64,000 bases of DNA from Rhodospirillaceae bacterium. Lineage in GTDB: Bacteria > Pseudomonadota > Alphaproteobacteria > Rhodospirillales > Rhodospirillaceae. The position numbers and the translations under genes are program-made. The notes under the pieces are model-generated. The model was given only the letters and a program-made list of their open reading frames with translations. It ran no database searches and was not told the origin of the DNA. The stretch lies in the NCBI GenBank assembly GCA_041905525.1, contig JAYRKY010000010.1, positions 36,397 through 100,396 of the forward strand, written 5' to 3'. Of the stretch, positions 56,445 through 64,000 are shown in pieces (position 1 is the first letter of the stretch; the number at the start of each line of letters is the position of its first letter).

Positions 56445-57563
56445 TTAAGCGGTCCTGGGACGGAACGATGCGGGCCGCCGCCACTGCGGCGCCAGAAGGA
56501 TATACAGGGCCACCGGCACCGGGAGCAACGCCACAGCGTACATACCGGGTATGTAGGCGAGGTCTTTCGAGGCCAGACTCATGATCCCAAGCGCAGCGGC
56601 CTGCAGGGCGACCACGACCGCTACAGCGCCTACCATCCGCGCCGTCTGCCCCTTTCGGTCGAATGGACCTGTCAGAAGGAAGACGAGTCCGATCAGGGTG
56701 AAAGCGATCGCGCCCATCGGCCCGACGATGCGCTGATGACCCTCGGCACGCATGCGAATGACGTTCGCTTTGGTGATGCCGTCGGCTTCGGTCAATCCAA
56801 AAAGCTCCGACGTGGGACGTTCGCGTATATCCGCGTAGCGGTCGTCCGCTCCACTGCCAACGCCACTGAAGTCGAGGGTGTAGCTATCGAAGTAAAGCAC
56901 CGACAGGTTGCCCGTGCCGCGACGCAGCTCCTGCCGGCTGCCGTTGTGCAAGACGACACTGGATCCGCCGCTCTCGCCGCCGAGCGAGCCGCGTTCGGCC
57001 ATCAACGTGGTGGAGCGCTCCGGATCGCGCGTGTCGTGGACCATGACGCCGATCAAATCGCCGTTCTTGTCGCGCCCGCGGACATAGACCGTCAGGTTTT
57101 CGCCAATCTGATTGAAGGTTCCGTCGCGCAACAACACCTGTGTCACATCGCTGCGGATGGTCCACTGCAGTTCCTTGAAGGAGCGCATGGTGTCGGGGAC
57201 GAGATAGAGCGTGAAGAAAAGTCCCATCACGAGCGCGGCGCCCGCGCACAGGAGCGCGGGGGCGGCGATGCGCATGCGGCTCATGCCGGCGGCCTGAGCG
57301 ACAACGAGTTCCCGGTCCAGCGTGAGCTTGCTGTAGACAAACAGCACCACAAAAAACAGCGCGGCGGGAAGGATCACCGAGAGAAACCACGGCAGAAGCA
57401 GGATCGTGAGCTTCAGCCAGGCGCCGAGCGCCAGCCCCTTGTTGACGATGAACTGCAGGAACTGCAGGGACTGGGTCAGCCACACAAGAAAGGCGAGCGC
57501 CACGCTGACAAGGCTCGTGCCAACGATCAACTGCCGGAAAATGTACCAGGTGATGCCGGACAT
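56445..57563 (-). CDS. lptG: LPS export ABC transporter permease LptG
   Basis: 372-aa YjgP/YjgQ-type permease with a periplasmic beta-jellyroll insert. Directly upstream of lptD. Confidence 0.85.
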   Translation of the reverse strand: MSGITWYIFRQLIVGTSLVSVALAFLVWLTQSLQFLQFIVNKGLALGAWLKLTILLLPWFLSVILPAALFFVVLFVYSKLTLDRELVVAQAAGMSRMRIAAPALLCAGAALVMGLFFTLYLVPDTMRSFKELQWTIRSDVTQVLLRDGTFNQIGENLTVYVRGRDKNGDLIGVMVHDTRDPERSTTLMAERGSLGGESGGSSVVLHNGSRQELRRGTGNLSVLYFDSYTLDFSGVGSGADDRYADIRERPTSELFGLTEADGITKANVIRMRAEGHQRIVGPMGAIAFTLIGLVFLLTGPFDRKGQTARMVGAVAVVVALQAAALGIMSLASKDLAYIPGMYAVALLPVPVALYILLAPQWRRPASFRPRTA

Positions 57564-57605
57564 CGCGCCTCGTCGTTTCAGCGACTATACCTCTGCACCT
57601 TATGC

Positions 57606-57647
57606 GAGAACCAGTGCGGCGGTAGGACGCCTCGATCACTGGTTCTC
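57606..57647. repeat. 11-bp inverted repeat in the lptG upstream region
   Basis: GAGAACCAGTG..20 nt..CACTGGTTCTC, 43 nt upstream of the lptG start. Confidence 0.8.
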
Positions 57648-57824
57648 CCGCGTTCGGCCCGTCTTTGCAAGGACGCCACTGGCCGCCGCGGACAACCTTT
57701 GCGCGTTCGTGCCACGGCTGAGGCGATCTCGAAAATCACGTGACAGTGAAACGTTTTGCGAGACAACGCGTCTAACACTAAAATGCCTTCCTTCGCCGCG
57801 GTGGCGATTGGGGAAGGGTTGCAC

Positions 57825-58382
57825 ATGAAGTCGGGATTGATGCGCGCCGTTGTCGGCGTTGCTGTCGCGTGCGGAGCTGCATTGCCCTCGCTGCAGGCAC
57901 ATGCGGGCGATCTCTCTGTTTGCATGACCGCGCAGGAAGCGCGCGCGTTCTCCCTTCGTCATCTTCAAAGCCGCCTGATGGTGGCGGGCCTCGCCTGCAA
58001 TCAGCGCGACGCCTACAACAATTTCGTCGAAGCTTTCCGCCCGCCGCTCGCGGATGCCGGCGCGGCGTTCATCGGATATTTCCAGCGTACCGGCGGCGGT
58101 CAAACGGCGCTTAACCGCCATGTGACCGAACTCGCCAATGTCGCCGGACTTCAGCGCGCATCGGACCCGCAGGCATTTTGTCAGGACACCTGGAACATGT
58201 TCCTCTTGCTTGAAGAGGAGCCCTCCGAGCTCGACGCTCAGGCGGTTGCGCATGTGATGAAGGATGTCGGCGCACCGACACTATGTGCAGGAGCGGCTGC
58301 GCCGCCCGCGCGCGAAGTCAAAACCGAAGCCGGAACGGTGGTGAAGGCGGCCGCCGAGACGCCGGCATTCCCGGTGGATTAA
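57825..58382 (+). CDS. exported hypothetical protein
   Basis: ORF 57756-58382; start ATG 57825 (MKSGLMRAVVGVAVACGAALPSLQAHA signal peptide). Four Cys. No family recognised. Confidence 0.6.
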   Translation: MKSGLMRAVVGVAVACGAALPSLQAHAGDLSVCMTAQEARAFSLRHLQSRLMVAGLACNQRDAYNNFVEAFRPPLADAGAAFIGYFQRTGGGQTALNRHVTELANVAGLQRASDPQAFCQDTWNMFLLLEEEPSELDAQAVAHVMKDVGAPTLCAGAAAPPAREVKTEAGTVVKAAAETPAFPVD

Positions 58383-58400
58383 GCACTGCGAGACCCAAAT

Positions 58401-58432
58401 AAAAACGCCGGCCTGACGGGGCCGGCGTTTTT
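58401..58432. terminator. bidirectional rho-independent terminator
   Basis: AAAAACGCCGGCC-tgacgg-GGCCGGCGTTTTT between convergent genes. Confidence 0.85.
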
Positions 58433-58453
58433 GTTTTCGTGTGCAGTGTGAGG

Positions 58454-59101
58454 CTAACCGCCGAAGCGGAACCGCGCACCCACCATGAGATTGTGGCTTT
58501 GCAGATCCACGCCGACCACGCGGGCCAGGGTCGGAATAGTGTTGAAATCGTTGCTGGTCGACCCAACGAAGCGATAGTCGACATACCAATTGGTTTGAGC
58601 GTTGATCGGCATTTCGACGCCGACGATGGCCTGCCACTGCATGGCCTTATTGGAATCGCTGTACACCGGCGAGGTTGGCGTCTTGACCGACTTCCACTTG
58701 TTGTTCGCCAGGCCTACGCCGCCGCCGATGTACGGATAGAAGTTCGTACCGACACCGACGTCGAAAAGGACATTCGCGGAAATGGCCAATGCGGACTGAC
58801 GGCCTGCCGCATCCTCGGCGGCGATGTTGTCCAGACCGGCGGCCCGATGCGAAATCTCGATCTCGGTCCGGGTGAAGTCGTTCCAGCGGTAGCCTGCGGA
58901 CGCCGAGAGGGCGTAGCCCAGACGAAAATTCACGTCACTTTCGCCCGCCCAGGTTCCAGGTGGAGATTCGTAATCGAATGCGGACTTGGTCGCCATGTGC
59001 AGTCCGGCGCCGATACCGGCATACGGTCCGACGTCCGCCGCCTGGACGCTGCTTGCGACCGTCGCAAGGCCGAGACTGAGCGCGAATAGGGTCTTTTTCA
59101 T
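58454..59101 (-). CDS. outer-membrane beta-barrel protein (OmpA-like TM / Omp25-RopB type)
   Basis: ORF 58454-59122; start ATG 59101 (MKKTLFALSLGLATVASSVQA). Alternating aromatic beta-strand pattern. C-terminal MVGARFRF. Confidence 0.8.
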   Translation of the reverse strand: MKKTLFALSLGLATVASSVQAADVGPYAGIGAGLHMATKSAFDYESPPGTWAGESDVNFRLGYALSASAGYRWNDFTRTEIEISHRAAGLDNIAAEDAAGRQSALAISANVLFDVGVGTNFYPYIGGGVGLANNKWKSVKTPTSPVYSDSNKAMQWQAIVGVEMPINAQTNWYVDYRFVGSTSNDFNTIPTLARVVGVDLQSHNLMVGARFRFGG

Positions 59102-59220
59102 AAGTGCTCCATGTGCGCCCAACCGGGCGGGAAGAGGTCGTAATCGAACACAACCGTGACGATTAGTCGCGGTTATGCTCCTGTTTGGTGATTTTTCGGT
59201 TAAGAGGCCGGGCGCTAGGC

Positions 59221-60708
59221 CTAGTCGACGACTTTCCCGGGATTCAGGCTGTTCGCCGGGTCCAAGGCCCGCTTCAGGCGGCGCATCAGGTCCAGTTCAA
59301 CGGGATCTTTATAGTGCTTCATCTCTTCCACCTTCAGGCGCCCGATCCCATGTTCGGCGGAGATCGACCCATCCATACTGACCACGAGGTCATGCACCAC
59401 GCGGTTCATCTCGGTCCACTGTGCGAGATACGCCGCTTTGTCCATTCCGGGCGGCTGGGAGATGTTGAAGTGAATATTGCCGTCGCCGAGATGGCCGAAC
59501 GGGACGGGACGCGCGCCGGGGAAGTTCGCGGCGATCAGCTCCACCCCCTTGGCGATGAAGGCCGGTACCAGCGACACGGGCACCGCGACATCGTGTTTGA
59601 TGCTCCCGCCCTCGTGCTTTTGCGCCTCGGGCAGGGATTCGCGAATGCGCCACAGGCTGTTGCGTTGCTCCAGGCTCTCGGCGATGACCGCGTCGGTGAT
59701 GATCTCTTCGCCGAACGCGCTCTCCAGCAAGGCTTCGAAGCTGCCGCGCACCGAGGCGTCCGGCCGCGAGGTGGAGAATTCGATGAGCACGTACCAGGGT
59801 GACGGCGATTGCAGCGGGTCGGACACGCCCGCGATGTGACGCATGCACATCTCGAGGCCGATCCGCGGAATCAATTCGAACGCCGTCACCGCGTCGCCCG
59901 ACAGCGCGCGCGCCCGGTTCAAGAGCTTGGTGGCGTCTTCGAGATTGCTCACCGCGCAGAAGGCCGTCGCTGTTTCCGTCGGCCGTGGAAACAGTTTGAG
60001 CACTGCCGCGGTGATGATTCCCAAGGTGCCTTCGCTGCCCACGAACAGTTGGCGCAATGCATACCCGGTATTGTCCTTGCCCAGCGCCCGCAGACCATTC
60101 CAGATCCGTCCGTCCGGCAGCACCACTTCAAGCCCAAGAACGAGATCGCGGGCGTTGCCGTAGCGCAGCACATTGATTCCGCCGGCGTTGGTCGCGAGAT
60201 TGCCGCCAATCTGGCAGCTGCCCTCCGCGCCCAGGCTCAAGGGAAATAGACAATTGTTCTCGGCCGCGATGCGCTGCACGTCGGCAAGAATGCAGCCGGC
60301 CTCCACGGTTATCGTGAAGTTCACCGGGTCGATCGCGCGCACCTTATTCATGCGCCCGAGACTGACGATGATTTCGCTGCCGTCCTCATGCGGAGCGGCG
60401 CCGCCGCACAGACCGGTATTGCCGCCTTGGGGAACGATCGGGATTCGGGCCGCGGCGCACGTCGCCACCACCTGCGCGAGTTCCGCGGTTGTCGCCGGGC
60501 GAACCACCAGGGCCGCTTTGCCTTTTGTATAAAGGCCTCGCTCTTCGTGCAGATACGGCGCCATGGCGCCCAGATCGTGGATGATCGCGGCGGGGCCAAC
60601 GATCTCGGTCAACCGGTCGAGGAGGGACTGATCAAGGGGCAAGGCGGCGCTCTCGTTCGAAGGGGACTCTGGTGGCAGTGATATGGAGCAAAGGCCTACC
60701 GGACGCAA
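59221..60708 (-). CDS. FAD-binding oxidoreductase, GlcD / D-2-hydroxyacid dehydrogenase family
   Basis: FAD-binding PCMH domain (PQGGNTGLCGGA) and C-terminal FAD-oxidase domain (SAEHGIGRLK). TTG start at 60708 is uncertain. Confidence 0.85.
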   Translation of the reverse strand: MRPVGLCSISLPPESPSNESAALPLDQSLLDRLTEIVGPAAIIHDLGAMAPYLHEERGLYTKGKAALVVRPATTAELAQVVATCAAARIPIVPQGGNTGLCGGAAPHEDGSEIIVSLGRMNKVRAIDPVNFTITVEAGCILADVQRIAAENNCLFPLSLGAEGSCQIGGNLATNAGGINVLRYGNARDLVLGLEVVLPDGRIWNGLRALGKDNTGYALRQLFVGSEGTLGIITAAVLKLFPRPTETATAFCAVSNLEDATKLLNRARALSGDAVTAFELIPRIGLEMCMRHIAGVSDPLQSPSPWYVLIEFSTSRPDASVRGSFEALLESAFGEEIITDAVIAESLEQRNSLWRIRESLPEAQKHEGGSIKHDVAVPVSLVPAFIAKGVELIAANFPGARPVPFGHLGDGNIHFNISQPPGMDKAAYLAQWTEMNRVVHDLVVSMDGSISAEHGIGRLKVEEMKHYKDPVELDLMRRLKRALDPANSLNPGKVVD

Positions 60709-60768
60709 CGGGACCCAACGGGGGCCCCCGCCGGAATCCAGCCTCCGGATGTGGGATTTCCCGCCCGA

Positions 60769-61695
60769 TCAACGGCCTCGGGCCGCGCGCTCCAATCGGT
60801 CGTTGATCGCAAGTCCGACCCCACCCAAGGGCACGGGCGCCACGGCAATCCCGGTGTAACGGGCCGGATCGTCCAGCCGGCGCATCATCGCGAAAAGGTT
60901 CGCCGCCGCTTCCCGCAGGTCGCCCGCGGGGCTCAGATCGAGCGTGGCGCCGGCCGTCCCGCCGAATCCAAGCAGGGCTTCCCCTGGCCCTGTCTCCGCA
61001 GCGTTCATCCTCAGCCGGATGGAGGGCGCATAGTGGGATGCCAACTGACCGGGTGATTTGGGCGCTGAAGGATCGCCGTCGGCCGTCGTCACCTCGCCGA
61101 TCACACGGGCAATCTCCTCGGCCGTCACGCTTCCCGGGCGGAGGATCGCGGCGCGCGGCCCGGTGAGATCCAGAACCGTCGATTCAATCCCGACATCCGC
61201 CCGCCCGCCGTCGACGATGAAGTCGACGCGGCTGCCCAATGAGGCTGCGACATGGCCCGCTTCGGTGGGGCTGATGGTGCCCGATCGGTTCGCGCTCGGC
61301 GCAGCCAGCGGCCGCGCCGTCGCGGTCAAGATCTCCCGCGCCAAGGGATGTGCGGGCATGCGCAGCGCGAGGCTTGGCAATCCCGCCGAGACAAGCTCGG
61401 AGACAGGACAGTCCGGGCGGCGGGGCAGCACAAAAGTCAGGGGGCCGGGCCAGAACACCGCGGCGAGGCGCTGGAAGCGTTCGTCGGCATGGGCAAGCTC
61501 GGCCACCCAGTCCTGCCCGCCCACATGCACTATGAGGGGATTGAACGAGGGCCGGCCTTTCGCTTCGAAGATGCGCGCGACCGCCCGGCCCTGGGTTGCA
61601 TCGGCGGCAAGTCCATACACCGTCTCGGTCGGAATCGCGACGAGTCCCCCAGCGCGCAAGATTTCCGCCGCCCGCGCAACGCTTGGACTGCTCAT
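60769..61695 (-). CDS. tsaC: L-threonylcarbamoyladenylate synthase (Sua5/YrdC type)
   Basis: ORF 60769-61824; start ATG 61695 overlaps the cysQ stop. VAIPTETVYGLAADAT, PSANRSG, plus a Sua5 C-domain. Confidence 0.9.
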   Translation of the reverse strand: MSSPSVARAAEILRAGGLVAIPTETVYGLAADATQGRAVARIFEAKGRPSFNPLIVHVGGQDWVAELAHADERFQRLAAVFWPGPLTFVLPRRPDCPVSELVSAGLPSLALRMPAHPLAREILTATARPLAAPSANRSGTISPTEAGHVAASLGSRVDFIVDGGRADVGIESTVLDLTGPRAAILRPGSVTAEEIARVIGEVTTADGDPSAPKSPGQLASHYAPSIRLRMNAAETGPGEALLGFGGTAGATLDLSPAGDLREAAANLFAMMRRLDDPARYTGIAVAPVPLGGVGLAINDRLERAARGR

Positions 61696-62492
61696 GACAG
61701 CCCCTCGGCCAGGAAACGGCCATTGAGATAGCCCGGTTTTTTGTAGGCGAGTTCCGCCCCGTCGAAGGTGTGCACACGGCCACCGGCGGCGCGGAGCACC
61801 GCGTGCCCGGCCGCCGTGTCCCATTCGGAGGTGGGCCCGAAACGCGGATAGAGATCCGCGCGGCCTTCAGCGAGCATGCAAAACTTGATCGATGAGCCGA
61901 CCACCAGTCTTTCCGCCACATCGAACCTGGCGAGGAACTGTTTCATCTGCTCTTCGACTTCATGCGACTTGCTGCCCGTCACGCTGATGCGCGCGGGTTT
62001 GGGCCGCGCGGTGATGGGCGACACCGCGCCGTTGCGCCACACCTCGGCACGGCGATCATCTCCCGCCGTGACGCCGACAAAGGTTTCGCCGCGGGCCGGC
62101 GCATGCACAATGCCGAGCGCTGGGTGTCCATCCAGTACCAGCGCAATGTTCACCGTGAAGTCGCTTCCGCCCTTCACGAATTCCTTCGTTCCGTCCAAGG
62201 CATCCACAAGCCAGAAGGAGGACCCTTCGAACGACGGCGCGTGTCCGTCAGCCATGCGCTCTTCGGCGACGATGGGAAACGCCGGCGAGAGGCGCTCGAT
62301 CGCAGCAATGACAATGGCCTCGGCTTGGCGATCGGCCTCGGTCACCGGCGACGCATCGGCCTTGGTGAGTGTTTCAAAGCCGCGCGCGCGCACGCCGAGG
62401 ATCGCTTGGCCCGCCGCTTCGGCGGCCGTGCGCAAGGGATCGGCCCAGGCGCGAAGTTCTGAAAACGTTTGTTGGCCGGTCACGGTTTTCAA
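61692..62492 (-). CDS. cysQ: 3'(2'),5'-bisphosphate nucleotidase (inositol monophosphatase family)
   Basis: FWLVDALDGTKEF and WDTAAGHAVL motifs. 266 aa. Confidence 0.85.
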   Translation of the reverse strand: MKTVTGQQTFSELRAWADPLRTAAEAAGQAILGVRARGFETLTKADASPVTEADRQAEAIVIAAIERLSPAFPIVAEERMADGHAPSFEGSSFWLVDALDGTKEFVKGGSDFTVNIALVLDGHPALGIVHAPARGETFVGVTAGDDRRAEVWRNGAVSPITARPKPARISVTGSKSHEVEEQMKQFLARFDVAERLVVGSSIKFCMLAEGRADLYPRFGPTSEWDTAAGHAVLRAAGGRVHTFDGAELAYKKPGYLNGRFLAEGLS

Positions 62493-64000
62493 TTTGATCT
62501 GGCCGCGCGCATGGCGTCCCAGATTTTGAGGGGCGTCAGCGGCATATCGATGTGGCTCACGCCCACCGGTCCAAGCGCATCAAGCACGGCATTCACCACC
62601 GCCGGTGTCGCGCCGATGGTGCCGGCCTCACCGGCGCCTTTCAGGCCCAGCACATTGCGGTCGGTGGGCACCTCGGTGTAGGCGAAGTCGAACGGCGGGG
62701 TCGAGTCCGCACGCGGCATGCAATAGTCCATGAAGCTGCCCGTCAGAAGCTGCCCGGTCTCGTCGTAGACCGCCTCTTCATAGAGCGCCTGGCCAAGACC
62801 TTGCACCGCGCCCCCAACGATCTGACCTTCCATCAGCAACGGGTTGAGCGCACGCCCCAGATCGTCCTGGATCGTGTACTTAACGAAAGAGATCGCGCCG
62901 GTCTCCTCATCGACATCGAGTTCGCACACATGGCAGCCGTTCGGGAAGGTGGCACCAGAGGGCGAGAAATTCTCAGCGGCTTTCAATCCCGCCGGAACCC
63001 CGGCCGGCCGTCGCTTCACATCGAACGATGCTGCGATCACGTCTTTCAGCGAAACACCATGGTTGGTGTCGGTCGCCCGGAACGTGCCTGCATCGAAACT
63101 GACATCCTCGATCTTCACGCCCAGCAGCGCCGCCGCGACCGCCTTGCCATGTTCGATCATCTTCACGCAGGTGACCATCACCGCGCTGCCCCCGACGGGA
63201 ACCGAGCGCGAACCGCCGGTGCCGAAGCCGGTCGGAATCAGATCGCTGTCGCCCTGCTTCACGGTGATCTCGCCGATGGAGATGCCGAAAGCCTCCGCCG
63301 CGATCTGAGCGTAGACGGTTTCGTGACCTTGCCCATTCGACTGCGTGCCGATGAGGATCGAAAGCCGCCCGTCCTCGCCAAAAAACAGCTGCGGCGTTTC
63401 GCCGTTTCCGCCCGCGCAGGCTTCGACGTAATAGCTCACCCCCAGCCCGCGCAGTTTGCCGCGCGCCTTGGCGGCGGCTTTGCGAGCCGGCAAACCGGCG
63501 AGATCCGCGCGCAGCAGCGCCGCATCCATCAATTCGCCGTAACGGCCGGAGTCATACTTGGGGCCTAGCGCTGTCTGATACGGAAACTCTTCGGCGCGCA
63601 GCAAGTTGCGGCGGCGCAGTTGCAGCGAAGAAACGCCCAGGTCTTGCGCGGCTTTCTCGACCAACCGCTCGATCAGGTAAGCGGCCTCCGGCCGGCCCGC
63701 CCCGCGATAGGCGTCAAGCGGCGCCGTATTGGTCATTACGACCTTCACATCCACCGTTGCCGCGGGAATGCGATAGGCGCCGCAATACATCGCGCCGCCG
63801 GCGGCGGTCTGGACGTAAGCGCCATACTGCGACAGATAAGCGCCGACATTGCCGAGATAAGAGACGCGCAGCGCGAGGAAGGTACCGTCCGCATCGAGCG
63901 CGAGTTCGCCGTGCGTGATCTGATCGCGTCCGTGGCAATCGTTCAGGCAGCTCTCGGCGCGGTCCGCCATCCACTTCACCGTGCGGCCAAAGGCGCGCGC
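62489..64000 (-). CDS. xanthine dehydrogenase/aldehyde oxidase family molybdopterin-binding subunit; partial (5' end beyond nt 64000)
   Basis: The reading frame stays open to nt 64000 (..ARAFGRTVKWMADRAE..). Motifs GTGGSRS, GGAVQGLGQALYEE, LGLKGAGEAGT are typical of the Mo-binding large subunit. Confidence 0.85.
   Translation of the reverse strand, partial: ARAFGRTVKWMADRAESCLNDCHGRDQITHGELALDADGTFLALRVSYLGNVGAYLSQYGAYVQTAAGGAMYCGAYRIPAATVDVKVVMTNTAPLDAYRGAGRPEAAYLIERLVEKAAQDLGVSSLQLRRRNLLRAEEFPYQTALGPKYDSGRYGELMDAALLRADLAGLPARKAAAKARGKLRGLGVSYYVEACAGGNGETPQLFFGEDGRLSILIGTQSNGQGHETVYAQIAAEAFGISIGEITVKQGDSDLIPTGFGTGGSRSVPVGGSAVMVTCVKMIEHGKAVAAALLGVKIEDVSFDAGTFRATDTNHGVSLKDVIAASFDVKRRPAGVPAGLKAAENFSPSGATFPNGCHVCELDVDEETGAISFVKYTIQDDLGRALNPLLMEGQIVGGAVQGLGQALYEEAVYDETGQLLTGSFMDYCMPRADSTPPFDFAYTEVPTDRNVLGLKGAGEAGTIGATPAVVNAVLDALGPVGVSHIDMPLTPLKIWDAMRAARSN

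Noticed and set aside
1-64000. Scanned by eye for tRNA, rRNA, tmRNA and CRISPR arrays.
   Set aside because: No T-loop-like GGTTCGAATCC-type sequences outside coding regions, no rRNA-like stretches and no regularly spaced repeats were found. A covariance-model scan would be needed to exclude small ncRNAs.

Overview
GC-rich chromosomal segment whose gene order (radA-cvpA-purF, dnaB-alr, rpsF-rpsR-rplI, fabD-fabG-acpP-fabF-mltG, yicC-gmk, lptG-lptD-surA-pdxA-rsmA) looks alphaproteobacterial, possibly Hyphomicrobiales- or Rhodospirillales-like. All family assignments are by eye and from memory; no searches were run. I count about 66 protein-coding genes and recognise no rRNA, tRNA, CRISPR array, transposase or integrase. 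Many ORF-track entries are GC-driven shadow ORFs or over-extended N-termini; starts were re-picked where a signal peptide, RBS or conserved N-terminus was visible. Housekeeping blocks are interrupted by accessory modules. (1) 15.9-18.9 kb: three secreted proteins with a VPAP(A/G)A variant of the PEP-CTERM/VPLPA-CTERM sorting tail; two have clear sigma-54 -24/-12 promoters and the third a weak candidate; a decayed fourth copy follows; no exosortase or enhancer-binding activator is in the window. (2) 45.2-48.2 kb: an orphan kaiB homologue tightly linked to a receiver-only response regulator, divergent from a PAS-GGDDF-EAL protein; no kaiC is present. (3) 7.7-8.9 kb: a receiver protein with natural Asp-to-Glu replacement at the phospho-acceptor site and an Arg-rich tail, followed by an exported Cys-rich protein. 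(4) 9.0-11.9 kb: a complete BigR/SqrR-type persulfide-responsive operon with an AT-rich palindromic operator. (5) 32.8-35.4 kb: a COG0523 GTPase (His-rich tract), a WD40 propeller and a membrane cytochrome c, tightly packed. (6) An AbiV-like gene beside an orphan GT-A-like gene. (7) A Tat-exported Fe/Mn-SOD-like protein lacking second-sphere residues. (8) Three tandem TerC genes and two tandem amidase lipoproteins. I found no single unmistakably new system; the sigma-54/PEP-CTERM-variant module and the kaiB-receiver pair are the best candidates for follow-up.
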